Positions 1-9,993 of a DNA stretch of 64,000 nt are shown piece by piece. The stretch lies in the NCBI GenBank assembly GCA_963774265.1, contig CAVZDU010000006.1, positions 224,001-288,000 on the forward strand, read 5' to 3'. The stretch's first letter is position 1. Each line of letters begins with the position of its first letter. The stretch is from an uncultured Chloroflexia bacterium. Lineage in GTDB: Bacteria; Chloroflexota; Anaerolineae; CG2-30-64-16. The translations under genes and the position numbers were made by a program. A model generated the notes under the pieces. It was not told the origin of the DNA, ran no database searches, and saw only the letters and a list, made by a program, of their open reading frames with translations.

Positions 1-2
1 TC

Positions 3-2066
3 ATCCGTCTCGATCATCAGCGGGAGCTGGCCGGCCTCAAATCCTACATCCTGGGCCGCGATTCCTCGAACCGGGTGCAACTGGATCATCCCTCGGTCTC
101 GCGGCGGCACGCCCGCATGGACCAAACTCCGACCGGCCACCAGTTAACCGACCTCGGAAGCACCAACGGCACATTCCTAAACGGCCAGCGCCTGCGGACG
201 TCCAGCCCGGTCAAGGACGGGGATGTGATCCAGATCGGGCCGTTCAAGCTCGTCTACGACCAGGATGGCTTGACTCGTTACGCCCCCGACGGCAACTATC
301 GGCTGGACGGCCTGCACCTGCAGAGCGACGTGCAGATCGGCAGCCCGCTTTCGCCGCGGCGCCTGCTGCCCGACGGCAGAGCAACCAAAATACTCCTCAA
401 CGACGTCAGCCTGTCCGTCTACCCGCGCGAGTTCGTGGCGCTCGTCGGCGGCAGCGGGGCCGGCAAGAGCACCCTGCTCAAGGCGCTGAGCGGCTTCGCG
501 CCCGCGGAGAAAGGCCGGGTGTTGATCAACGGAGACGATCTCTATGCCAACTACTCAGCCTACGAGAGCATCTTCGGCTATGTTCCCCAGGACGATATCA
601 TCCACCATAGCCTGATCGTGCGTGACGCCCTGACCTATGCCGCCGAGATGCGCCTGCCCGATGCTACATCCGATGAGGTCAAGGCCCGGGTGGACGACGC
701 ACTGGCAGAAGTCGAGATGACGGCCCACCAGTCCAAGCAGGTCGGCCGGCTCAGCGGCGGCCAGCGCAAGCGGGTGAGCATCGCAGAAGAGCTGTTGGCC
801 GGACCTGGCCTGTTCTTCCTGGATGAGCCCACCTCGGGCCTGGATCCGGGATTGGAAAAGAAGATGATGTACACACTGCGCAGGCTGGCCGATGCCGGGC
901 GCACAGTGGTGCTCATCACGCATGCAACAGCGAATATCACCCAATGCACCAATGTCGGATTTCTGGCCGACGGGCGGCTGGTCTACTTCGGCCCGCCCCA
1001 GGAAGCGCAGGCCTTCTTCGGCACAACGGACTTCGCCGACATCTACACTCGCCTCTCGCAGCCGCTGAACCCGGAAACCAACCCGCCTCCGCCCGGTTGG
1101 CAGTCACCCCAGGGGGCCAACGTGAGCGCAGCCCAGGCCTGGGAAGAATATTTTCGCAATTCACCGGCCTACCAGAAACACGTTGCGTCTCGCCTGGACC
1201 CGTCTGTGATCAGCCAGCAGGCGACCCGGCCCGTTGCACCGCGAACGCGTCCACATGTATCACCCCTGCGCCAGTTCTCGGTGCTGACCCGGCGTTACTT
1301 CAACCTGGTGTGGCGGGACCCGATGAGCCTCTTCGTCCTGCTGGCGATCATGCCGATTCTTGGCCTCTTCCTGCTCCTGATGAGCCACCCGAACGACCTG
1401 GTGGGCAGCGGCAAGCCACTGGCGGTCGACATTGTCACCGCGTACCAGGCCCAGCGCCTGATGTTCATGCTGGCCCTGGCGGCGAACCTGTTGGGCCTGT
1501 TCGCCGCCGCCTACGAGATCATCAAGGAGGATGCTATCTATCGCCGTGAGCGAATGGTGAACCTCGGCATCCTGCCCTACTTGTTCTCCAAGCTCGCGGT
1601 GCTGGGCAGCTTCTCCCTCCTGCAGTGCGCGCTGATTCTATTGGTGTTGCGCATCAAGGTGCAATACCCGACCGAAGGCCTCTTGCTGCCGCCGGTGCTG
1701 GAGATCTACCTGACGCTCGTTCTGACCACCTTGGCCAGCCTCGCGCTTGGCTTGCTCATCTCGTCGCTCGCGCGCAACGCGAATATGGTGGTCTACATGA
1801 TCCTGCTCGTGCTTTTTGTGCAGATCATCTTCGCCGGCGCGATCTTCCCGCTGGACGATTCGGTCAAGCTGCTCACCGACCTGAGCACGACCCACTGGTC
1901 ACTGCAGGCGCTGGGCAGCCTCATCGGACTGTCGTCACAGGGGTTTTATGTAGAGTACAAGCACGACCTGGCGCACATCCTGAAGCCGTGGGCCGTTTTG
2001 CTGGCCTTCGCGGTGGTTTGCACGGCCTTGACGGCGCTGGTCCAAAAACGCAAGGACACGCTGTAA
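3..2066 (+). CDS. FHA domain + ABC ATPase + ABC-2 permease (Rv1747-like), 5'-partial
   Basis: The frame is open from the window start (YILGRD..VSRRHA..STNGT, FHA motifs). Walker A GGSGAGKS, LSGGQ signature, LDEPT, then ~6 TM segments. Confidence 0.92.
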   Translation: MRLDHQRELAGLKSYILGRDSSNRVQLDHPSVSRRHARMDQTPTGHQLTDLGSTNGTFLNGQRLRTSSPVKDGDVIQIGPFKLVYDQDGLTRYAPDGNYRLDGLHLQSDVQIGSPLSPRRLLPDGRATKILLNDVSLSVYPREFVALVGGSGAGKSTLLKALSGFAPAEKGRVLINGDDLYANYSAYESIFGYVPQDDIIHHSLIVRDALTYAAEMRLPDATSDEVKARVDDALAEVEMTAHQSKQVGRLSGGQRKRVSIAEELLAGPGLFFLDEPTSGLDPGLEKKMMYTLRRLADAGRTVVLITHATANITQCTNVGFLADGRLVYFGPPQEAQAFFGTTDFADIYTRLSQPLNPETNPPPPGWQSPQGANVSAAQAWEEYFRNSPAYQKHVASRLDPSVISQQATRPVAPRTRPHVSPLRQFSVLTRRYFNLVWRDPMSLFVLLAIMPILGLFLLLMSHPNDLVGSGKPLAVDIVTAYQAQRLMFMLALAANLLGLFAAAYEIIKEDAIYRRERMVNLGILPYLFSKLAVLGSFSLLQCALILLVLRIKVQYPTEGLLLPPVLEIYLTLVLTTLASLALGLLISSLARNANMVVYMILLVLFVQIIFAGAIFPLDDSVKLLTDLSTTHWSLQALGSLIGLSSQGFYVEYKHDLAHILKPWAVLLAFAVVCTALTALVQKRKDTL

Positions 2067-2095
2067 AGCGGTACATAAGCGGGCTGGGTGCTCAT

Positions 2096-5000
2096 ATGGA
2101 TCCCCAAACCTTCGGCAACTTCACTGTCACACGCGCCTTGAGCCGCGGCGGCCCGGTCGAGGTGTTCGAGGCACGCGACGCGCAACTGGACCGCCGGGTG
2201 GCGATCAAGGTGCTCCATCCGCCGGCCGGATCAGACGGCGCCGCGTTCGAGGAGCGCTTCCGTGATCTGGCTCGACGCTGCGCGGCCCTGCGCCATCCGC
2301 ATGCCGTCCAGGTGTACGGGTTCGATACCGTAGGCGGCCTGCCCTACATGGTCATGGAATACCTCGATGGCGGCACGCTGGCCGAGCGAATGGCAGAAAT
2401 CGCCGCGCAAGGCGAAGGGATGTCGTTAAGCGAGATCGCGCGCATCCTGGAACCTCTGGCCGACGCGCTGGATGCCGCCCATGCCCTGGGCCTCATCCAC
2501 GGTGCGCTGTCGCCTGCCAACGTCCTCTTCACGGCGCGCGGCCAGCCCGTGCTAACCGATTTCGGCATCGCTCAGCTCCTGGGCCCCCTGTCGCTGGCCG
2601 CCCCGGCCGGCGCCGGCGGCCCGGCAACCTACGTGTCACCTGAGCAGGCAGCCGGCAAACCGCTCAGCGCGGCCAGCGATACCTACGCACTGGGGGTCCT
2701 CGCGTATGAGATGGTCTGCGGGCGGCCGCCCTTCGCCGGTGGATCGCCGGCCGAGATCATGCTGCAGCACCTGACCGAGCCGCCGCCGGTACCCGATCGC
2801 TTCAAGCCGGATCTGCCCGAGCCGGTCGGCCAGGTGCTGCTAAAGGCGTTGGCGAAGGAGCCGGCCGCGCGCTACAGCCGCGGCCGCGACCTGGCACGCG
2901 CCTTCGCTGCTGCAAATCGCGGTGAGGCGATCTCGGATGCGCCTGGGCCTCCGGAAGACGAGACGCCGGGCTGGCTGCGGCCGCTGATCGGGATCGCCGA
3001 GCTGCTCGGTCCGCTGATCGGCCGCGCGCCGGCAGTGCGCGGCGCACCGCGCGATCGCCGCGGGCAAACCGCCATCATCCTGGGTGTGATCGGGATCCTG
3101 TTGGCCGCCTTCCAGTTCCTGGCCACGGCGCTCGACCTGGTCACGCGCAGCCTCTCACCCCTGATGGCCGTCCTGCCCTACGTGATCGCGGTGCTGCTCG
3201 CCTGCGGCGGTCTTCTCGCGCTCATCACGGCGGTCCGGCCGGGATCGACGCTCCGCCGCCGGCGCGCGACGCTGATCTTCGCCGCGACGCTGGTGGTCGG
3301 GCTGGTGTGGGGCGGTTGGACGCTCTATGACTATCTCCGCCCGCCGCCGGGCGTAGTCATCGCCGTGGCAGACTTCGAGCAACGAGGAAGCCGCATCGTC
3401 GATTTCGGCCAGCACATCTACGAGGCTCTCCGACCGGAGATCGGCGACACCGGGGGCAAGGTTATCCTGCAGCGCGTCTTCGAGGCTTACGCAGACCAGG
3501 CCAGTGCTCGGCAACACGGGGCCGATCGCAAGGCCACCCTGGTCATCTGGGGCCGGTACGATGATGCCAGCGTCAGCCCGCGCGTCGAGCTGCTGCGCTT
3601 CCCCTCCCTGGCCCCCCCGCCCAGCAACCCGTTGTCCCTGGTCGGCATTGCCAGCGCAGCAGGAGACGGCGTCGCCGGGACGGACTGGACCTTGAGCAAG
3701 GTCGCCCCGTACATCCGCGAGCCGGCCGGTATGAACGACTTCGGTCTATCCGTCAAGGACGGCGCCCAGCAGATGACCTACATCTCGATGGTGCTGCTGG
3801 GCCTGATCTACTACGCTAACGGCGACGATACGCACGCCCTTGCTTTCTACGATAAGGCGCTCAGCAACCCTCCGAGCAGTACCGACAGCATGGGACTGGA
3901 GGTCGGGTATTTCCAACGCGCAACCCTGCTCTACCAGGAGGGGAGGCTGGCTGAGGCGACCGCCGACCTGCGCCAGGCTCTGGCCCTCAAGCCGGATATG
4001 GTCGAGGCGCACCGCGACCTGGCTATCCTGTATGCAGCCAGCTGCACGCCGAATTGGCAACTGGGCGCGGCCATCACCGAGGCGCAGACGGCAGTGCGTC
4101 TCCAGCCGGATGACGTCGAGGGCCGCCATCTGCTGGCCGATCTCTACCGACAGGCCGGCCAGTACGAGCAGGCGTTGGCCGAGTTGCAGGTCACCGAAAA
4201 ACTCGACGCGAGCGACCCTCGCACCCAGCAGTTGCTGGCCAGCGTGTACGACCAGTCCGGCCAGCCCGATAAGGCACGAGCGGCAGGCGAGGCCGCGCTC
4301 GCCCTGTCTCAGAAGGCGTCGCCCACCGGAGGGGCGGCTGATTCGGCTGAAGTCCATCTGAACCTGGGCGACGCCTATGTGAGCGCCGGCCGCCTTGACG
4401 AGGCACTGGCCGAGTACGAGGCGGTCCGTAAGCTGCTGCCGTCGGACCCCCGGCCCCTTCGCGGCCTGGGCAATGCCTACTACTGGCAGGGCCGCTATGC
4501 GGATGCGGCACGTGCATACGGCGATTGGGTCGCCGTCGCGCCGGAAGATGCCAACGCACACCTGATGCTCGGCATGGTCTACCGCGAGCAGGGGGACGAC
4601 GCGAAGGCGCTGCCCGAGCTCGAGCGCGCCGCGGCCCTGGCGACCTGCAGCACAGCCGAGCACAAGGTGCTGGGCGGCGCCTACTACGACGCGGGCCGCT
4701 ACGCCGATGCAGCGGCCGAATACCGTAAGGCCAGCGAAATCGATCCGCAGGACGCCGATGCATTCTACCTGCTGGGCGCGATGGTTGAGCAGCATGCCTG
4801 GGAAAGCCAGGCGGGGGTGATGGACCCAGATGATCCGCATCTCGTCCAGGCAGCCGCAGCGCTCGAGACAGCGGTGGGATTGCGCCCCGATTTCGCGCAG
4901 GCCCAGTTCGCGTTGGGCAACGTCTACATGGAACAGGAGGCTTACGAAAAGGCGGCTGCCGCGTGGGAGGCCGCGGTGCGCGCAGAACCGACCGACCAGG

Positions 5001-6397
5001 AATACCTGGGCAGCCTGGCGCATGCCTACTCGAAGCTGGGCCGTCACGCCGACGAAGCCGCGACCGACGAGCGGGCGCTGGCCCTACGCGACGACGCCAC
5101 CTTACGCACCTTCCTGGGCCTCAGCTACGTCCAGCAAGGGAAGCTGGATGCGGCCATCGCCGAATATCAGCACGCGATTTCGCTTGACCCAACCAGCTCG
5201 CTGGCCCACCTGGGGTTGGCCGAGGTCTACGATACCCAGGACAAGCTGGCCGATGCAGCAGCGGCCTACGAGCAGGTGCTCGCGTTGGGCGATAACCCGA
5301 ACGTGCGCAGGCAGTTGGCAGCGGTCTACGAGCGCCAGGGGCAGGATGCGGAAGCGGCCGAAGAGTTGAAAAAGGCGGCCGAGGCCGACCCGGGCAACTC
5401 AGCCACGATGCTTCAATTGGCCAACCTGTACGGCCGGGTGAACCGGCTGGATGATGCGGCGGCGGCGTACGGGCGCGTGCTGAGCATGGAGCCCGGGTCG
5501 TCGCAGGCCCACTCCGGGCTGGCCTCGATCGAGTACAAACGCTGCAACCTGGGCGCAGCCACGCAGGCCGCAGGCCGCGCGGCCGCCCTGGCGCCGGCGG
5601 TCACCCTGTACCGCGGCATCCAGGCGTCGCTCTATGAAGCGCAGGGACGTACTGCCGAGGCCGCGTCCCTCTACGCCGGGCTAGCCGCTGCACCGGCCAC
5701 CGACGCCGTCGCGCACCTGCTGGCCGGCTCATACCTGGCGCGCCGGCAGGTGGGCAACGTAGACCCAGCCGCTACGGACGAGGCCGTACGGGAGTTTCAG
5801 GTCAGTCAAGAGGCCTCCGCCGGCCTACCCGGGCTTGCCTCGCTGGCCCATCTTGGATTGGGCCAGCTCTACTACGCGCAGGAAAAGCTGGTTGCGGCGA
5901 GGAGCGAGTTCACGGCCGCGCTCGCGGCCATGCCGGCCAACGCCGACGCCCGGGCCGCCCTGGGCGACCTGGCGCTGCGAGAGGGGGATGCGGCTGGCGC
6001 CCTGGCCGCCTATGATGAGGCCCTTAAGCTGCTTCCGGATTACGCCCTTCAATCTGCCGACAACGCGGCCACCCTGGCCGTCACCCTGCCCGCACGGCGC
6101 GGCCTGGCGCTGGCGCGGCTCAACGAGGGCGCGCAAAGCGGAGACGAGGCAGAGAAGGCGACGGCGGCCTTCGACGAGGCGATCGCCGAAGGCCGGACGC
6201 TGCTGACCCGCACGCCGCAGTGGCCAGCCGCGCACTTCGCGCTGGCGAATGCTTACCTCGCCCGCGGCGACGCGGCCCAGGCGGACGCGGAGTCCGCGGC
6301 CGCGGAGTTTGCGGCCGCCATCCAGTGCGACCGTTCGCTGGCCGGCCAGCGCAAGCTGGTGGAAGCCAACCTGGCCTTGCTGCGTGGGGGATCGTGA
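2096..6397 (+). CDS. Ser/Thr kinase-like (probable pseudokinase) + TM helices + long TPR array
   Basis: VAIK, DFG and YVSPEQ are present, but the catalytic loop reads HGALSPAN. Three hydrophobic helices are followed by many TPR-like repeats. ATG 2096 lies just after the upstream stop. Confidence 0.88.
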   Translation: MDPQTFGNFTVTRALSRGGPVEVFEARDAQLDRRVAIKVLHPPAGSDGAAFEERFRDLARRCAALRHPHAVQVYGFDTVGGLPYMVMEYLDGGTLAERMAEIAAQGEGMSLSEIARILEPLADALDAAHALGLIHGALSPANVLFTARGQPVLTDFGIAQLLGPLSLAAPAGAGGPATYVSPEQAAGKPLSAASDTYALGVLAYEMVCGRPPFAGGSPAEIMLQHLTEPPPVPDRFKPDLPEPVGQVLLKALAKEPAARYSRGRDLARAFAAANRGEAISDAPGPPEDETPGWLRPLIGIAELLGPLIGRAPAVRGAPRDRRGQTAIILGVIGILLAAFQFLATALDLVTRSLSPLMAVLPYVIAVLLACGGLLALITAVRPGSTLRRRRATLIFAATLVVGLVWGGWTLYDYLRPPPGVVIAVADFEQRGSRIVDFGQHIYEALRPEIGDTGGKVILQRVFEAYADQASARQHGADRKATLVIWGRYDDASVSPRVELLRFPSLAPPPSNPLSLVGIASAAGDGVAGTDWTLSKVAPYIREPAGMNDFGLSVKDGAQQMTYISMVLLGLIYYANGDDTHALAFYDKALSNPPSSTDSMGLEVGYFQRATLLYQEGRLAEATADLRQALALKPDMVEAHRDLAILYAASCTPNWQLGAAITEAQTAVRLQPDDVEGRHLLADLYRQAGQYEQALAELQVTEKLDASDPRTQQLLASVYDQSGQPDKARAAGEAALALSQKASPTGGAADSAEVHLNLGDAYVSAGRLDEALAEYEAVRKLLPSDPRPLRGLGNAYYWQGRYADAARAYGDWVAVAPEDANAHLMLGMVYREQGDDAKALPELERAAALATCSTAEHKVLGGAYYDAGRYADAAAEYRKASEIDPQDADAFYLLGAMVEQHAWESQAGVMDPDDPHLVQAAAALETAVGLRPDFAQAQFALGNVYMEQEAYEKAAAAWEAAVRAEPTDQEYLGSLAHAYSKLGRHADEAATDERALALRDDATLRTFLGLSYVQQGKLDAAIAEYQHAISLDPTSSLAHLGLAEVYDTQDKLADAAAAYEQVLALGDNPNVRRQLAAVYERQGQDAEAAEELKKAAEADPGNSATMLQLANLYGRVNRLDDAAAAYGRVLSMEPGSSQAHSGLASIEYKRCNLGAATQAAGRAAALAPAVTLYRGIQASLYEAQGRTAEAASLYAGLAAAPATDAVAHLLAGSYLARRQVGNVDPAATDEAVREFQVSQEASAGLPGLASLAHLGLGQLYYAQEKLVAARSEFTAALAAMPANADARAALGDLALREGDAAGALAAYDEALKLLPDYALQSADNAATLAVTLPARRGLALARLNEGAQSGDEAEKATAAFDEAIAEGRTLLTRTPQWPAAHFALANAYLARGDAAQADAESAAAEFAAAIQCDRSLAGQRKLVEANLALLRGGS

Positions 6398-6438
6398 GGT
6401 CCAGCGACTTCCCAGGAATTCCAGCGGTTAACTATCCC

Positions 6439-6876
6439 TCACATCTTCAGGGCCACATCGACCTCGTCCAGATGCTCGTCACGATGGAAGGCGCGCACAA
6501 CCCAACGCTTGTTGTAGGCATTGACCTCCTCGAGCAGGGTCGCCGGATAGATTTCCAGCCGCCTGTCCAACGATTCTGCCGCTTCCATGGCTATCCTGCC
6601 GGCCTCACGGGGTGGAATGGCGGCCCAAAGTGGTAAGGACAGATCATTCACAACGATGTCGATTCCCGGGATGAACAGTTTGCCGTTACGTTCAGTCATG
6701 TCAAGTACATACATCACGCGTCTGTCCCAGAACGCCAGGTGCGCCAGGGCAACTCCCACCGTCCAGTGTTCGCCCACGGGGTGTTGCATTTCCTTGTCGG
6801 TCAAGCGGGCAACCAGTGTGCGGATTCGATCGGTTGAAGCGCGGTTCAACTCAACAAAAGAAGCATCTAGTGTCAT
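6439..6876 (-). CDS. DinB / maleylpyruvate isomerase N-terminal family protein
   Basis: WTVGVALAHLAFWD and HRDEHLDEV metal-binding His pattern; GGAG upstream. Confidence 0.8.
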   Translation of the reverse strand: MTLDASFVELNRASTDRIRTLVARLTDKEMQHPVGEHWTVGVALAHLAFWDRRVMYVLDMTERNGKLFIPGIDIVVNDLSLPLWAAIPPREAGRIAMEAAESLDRRLEIYPATLLEEVNAYNKRWVVRAFHRDEHLDEVDVALKM

Positions 6877-6950
6877 CTGCGAGGATCTCCTTCGAACAGC
6901 CAAACCGAAGCAAGTCCAGTTGATTCGGTTGGTAGCCAGTGTCGTGTGCA

Positions 6951-7694
6951 CTACTTCACACCGCCGAACGCGGCGAAGCAGGCGTTCTTGTGCAGCACGT
7001 CGACCTGCGTGAAGCCAACCCGCCTCAGCAGCCCAACCTGATAAGTCAGCGACCGCGGCGTGTCTTCTTGCTCGATATAGCCGAAAACGTGGTCGCGATA
7101 CCCGGGTCCGCGCAGCTTTTCCAAATAGGCGCCGTAGCGCGACCACATCACCGCCTGCACAGCCGGGTCCTCGTGCGAGATGAGATCGGATATCCATAGT
7201 CCGCCGCCCGGAGCAAGCGCCCGGTGGCATTTGCTGAAGACCCTCTCCCACTCATCATCCTCGCGTAGATGGTGGAATACGGCAGCGGCCATGATCACAT
7301 CGTAGGCCGACTCGCCCAGATCGACCTCCCGAATATCACCCTGGATGGGGGTCACCTCGCCCCGCGTCGCAGCAGTCACGCGTTCGACGGCGCGATCGAG
7401 CATGGGCCGGCTGAGGTCCAGGAGCGTGACGTTGAGATCGGGGAGTCGATTGAGCAGCTTCAGGGTGTAATTGCCCGCGCCGCAACCGATATCGACGACG
7501 CGAGTTGCGGCCGGCGTGGCAGCAGCCGCGCAGGCCGCGATCAGCTCCAGCGAGAGCGGGGCGTCCATCGTCGAGGATTGTCCCGTCTCCAGGCTGGAAA
7601 ACCGTTCGACGTCACCGTCGAAGCGAGCACGAATCTGGTCAACGCTGGACTTGTTGGTCACTTTGGCCCCGGCTGTTCCCGTCGATTCTTTCAT
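6951..7694 (-). CDS. Class I SAM-dependent methyltransferase (CmoA-like)
   Basis: VVDIGCGAG, LDLS..ML, FHHL, LAPGG motifs. Confidence 0.85.
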   Translation of the reverse strand: MKESTGTAGAKVTNKSSVDQIRARFDGDVERFSSLETGQSSTMDAPLSLELIAACAAAATPAATRVVDIGCGAGNYTLKLLNRLPDLNVTLLDLSRPMLDRAVERVTAATRGEVTPIQGDIREVDLGESAYDVIMAAAVFHHLREDDEWERVFSKCHRALAPGGGLWISDLISHEDPAVQAVMWSRYGAYLEKLRGPGYRDHVFGYIEQEDTPRSLTYQVGLLRRVGFTQVDVLHKNACFAAFGGVK

Positions 7695-8124
7695 GCTTCT
7701 GGGATGCTGCGTTCTCCGGATGAACGATGCCGACGATGCTGCGCAGCCCGAGCGTTTCGAAGCCAAAACGCAGCGCAGCCCGGGCGGCCTCGGTCGCCAG
7801 CCCATGGCCCCAGCGAGACCGGCTCAACAGGTAGCCCACCTCCACCTCGCCGGTCTCGGGGAGGTGCTGCAGGCCGCACCAGCCGAGCAGCTCACCGCCC
7901 TCAGCCGGCTCGACCGCCCACCACCCCAGCCCGTGCTCCTCCCAGTGCCGGAGCTGCCCGCTGATGAGCCGCTCTACGCGCGCCATGTCGGGAGGGTCGG
8001 GCCGCGGGAAGTAGCTTAGGACCTGATCCTGGGCCAGAATGCGATGGAGCGGCCCGGCATCCGCTGCGGCAAAGGGGCGCAAGGTGAGTCGCGCAGTTGT
8101 CAGGGTGGGTATGTTCGTGATCAC
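7639..8124 (-). CDS. RimJ/RimL-family GNAT acetyltransferase, C-terminus possibly truncated
   Basis: TARLTLRPF, EVGYLL..WGHGLATEAA, HPENAAS. The GTG start overlaps the upstream TGA. Confidence 0.8.
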   Translation of the reverse strand: MITNIPTLTTARLTLRPFAAADAGPLHRILAQDQVLSYFPRPDPPDMARVERLISGQLRHWEEHGLGWWAVEPAEGGELLGWCGLQHLPETGEVEVGYLLSRSRWGHGLATEAARAALRFGFETLGLRSIVGIVHPENAASQKHERIDGNSRGQSDQQVQR

Positions 8125-9053
8125 GTCGACCTGTCCCACCACTTCAACACGCGCAGGCCAGCCAGCGTGTTCCAACGGCCGGGTTGGCCGCCGGGCTCCA
8201 TGGTAAAGAAGACGCGGCCGGGCCAGTTCTGGCCCTGTTTCCAGCGGCCGTCGGGGGTCTGTTTGCTGCGCAGCAGTTCGATCGCGTCCGACATCCGCTC
8301 GTCGCGCGGCGCGTTTACCCAGCGAAAGTACTCCAGGCCGCGCAGAAAGTCATAGCGCCAGCGCGGAAGGAAAGTGATCCGCGCCATGGCCGGGTCGGCC
8401 ACTTCACCGGTGCGATGCGAGCGGTACAGCCGGTGGACCAGCAGGAATTCCCGGCCGCGCGTTACGGCGTCTCCGACCGCAGCCGCCTCGCCCTGGTGGT
8501 ACAGCGCATACTCGTGCAGCCCTTCCAGCACCGAGATCGTCGTGTGGAAGGAGCCGTGCGTCGCGCCCCTGGGCCGTTCGCAGTTCCAGCCCCCATCGGC
8601 CATCTGCTGGCCCCAGAGGTGCTCGGCAATCCGGTGCACACGCTCGTCCGCGCAGGGAAAGTAGCTCAGCAGCGCCAGGACCATGCCGGTGATGCACGTT
8701 TCGCTGTACTTGTACGACTTGAAGAAATTGATGCCGCCGTCGCAGTAAAAGCCTTTGTCCAGCAGCAGCAAGCAGCCCTGCTTCGCCTGCGGATTCTCAG
8801 CCGGTAGACCAAGCTGCCGCAAGTGCAGCAGGGTGTAGGTGGTGGAGGTCCACTTCGGCGAATAGAGCGCGTTACCCCAGGTGCCGGCCAGGTCCTGTAC
8901 GGCCAGCAATCGTGCGCCCCAGCCCTCCGTTGCCACGCGGTCGCGCTCCTCCTCGTAAGCCTCAGGCGGCTCGTCCAACAGATCGCGCCGAACCTGCCAA
9001 CGGATGGCTGGATCGCCGTCGAGGAGCCAGGCTAAAACGGTGTTAGTGGACAT
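8121..9053 (-). CDS. Prenyltransferase/squalene-cyclase-fold hypothetical protein
   Basis: QW-like repeats (QDLAGTW, QMADGGWNC, QTPDGRW); WLLDGDPAIRWQ N-terminus. Confidence 0.7.
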   Translation of the reverse strand: MSTNTVLAWLLDGDPAIRWQVRRDLLDEPPEAYEEERDRVATEGWGARLLAVQDLAGTWGNALYSPKWTSTTYTLLHLRQLGLPAENPQAKQGCLLLLDKGFYCDGGINFFKSYKYSETCITGMVLALLSYFPCADERVHRIAEHLWGQQMADGGWNCERPRGATHGSFHTTISVLEGLHEYALYHQGEAAAVGDAVTRGREFLLVHRLYRSHRTGEVADPAMARITFLPRWRYDFLRGLEYFRWVNAPRDERMSDAIELLRSKQTPDGRWKQGQNWPGRVFFTMEPGGQPGRWNTLAGLRVLKWWDRST

Positions 9054-9120
9054 GTGCTTCCGTGCCGGCATTTGCGCGGCATTTCATCATCGAGTAGCCC
9101 GCGCCCGCGTACAGCGCAGG

Positions 9121-9990
9121 TCAATGAGAGTAATCCCAGAACCAGTAGGCGAGCCCCTTCCACTGGCCCCAGCGGGCAAACGCGGCCTCCACCTCGGCCG
9201 GGCCGACTCGTGCGCCCTCATGCCATTCGTCTGACACAACCTTGAGCGCCCACGAATCGATGGGGATCGCATCGTAGCGGCCCAGCAGCATCAGCAGATT
9301 GGCAACGGCGTAGGGCCCGACCCCTTTAAGGCTGAGCAGGCGCTTGCGCAGCTCGGGGGTCGGCAGATCGCTCGTTCGCAGCGCCTCCAGGTCTTGCTGA
9401 CCCGCGGCGACGCACTGCGCGAGGTTCAACACGTAGGGCGCGCGGTAGCCGAGCCTGGCAGCGTTGCGGAGCGTCTCTTCATCGGTGGCGGCCAATTGCG
9501 CCGGGGTCGGGAAGGCCCGGAGGCCGGAGTCGGCCGGCAGAGGGTCACCGAAGAGACTCACAAGGTTGGCCACCATGCGCTTCGTGCTGCCCCAAATAGT
9601 ATTGGTGGTAAGGATCGTCTTGACCACGTCCTCGAATAAAGTGGGGCTGCGGAGGATGCGGCCCTTGGCGCCCGCGGCCGCGGCCGCCAGTTTCGGCTCG
9701 TGGGCCGCGATCTCGTAGAAGGCCGACAGGTCCTGATCCAGCCCCAGCATCCAGGTGACGGTCGCGGCAATCTCATCCTCCTCGACCGAAGTGAAGTCAT
9801 CTGCGGCCGAGACAACTGCGCCATCCCCGGCGCCGGAAAGGTGCAGCTCGGTTACGCGGCCAGAGGCTAGGCGTATCACGTAGGATAGCGTCTCTCCATC
9901 GCCGCGGAAGGGCGCAAGCTGACGCCAACCGTGCGAGTCAGCGACGGCGGAGAAAGAGAAGGGCGGTCGTGCAGCAAGATGCAGGTTCAT
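9121..9990 (-). CDS. HhH-GPD DNA glycosylase (AlkA/OGG1-like)
   Basis: RLGYRA, HhH LLSLKGVGPYAV, catalytic PIDSW. Confidence 0.85.
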   Translation of the reverse strand: MNLHLAARPPFSFSAVADSHGWRQLAPFRGDGETLSYVIRLASGRVTELHLSGAGDGAVVSAADDFTSVEEDEIAATVTWMLGLDQDLSAFYEIAAHEPKLAAAAAGAKGRILRSPTLFEDVVKTILTTNTIWGSTKRMVANLVSLFGDPLPADSGLRAFPTPAQLAATDEETLRNAARLGYRAPYVLNLAQCVAAGQQDLEALRTSDLPTPELRKRLLSLKGVGPYAVANLLMLLGRYDAIPIDSWALKVVSDEWHEGARVGPAEVEAAFARWGQWKGLAYWFWDYSH

Positions 9991-9993
9991 ACT

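Noticed and set aside
1625-2095. N-terminal extension of the kinase ORF
   Set aside because: It overlaps the ABC permease out of frame; the kinase domain begins at ATG 2096.
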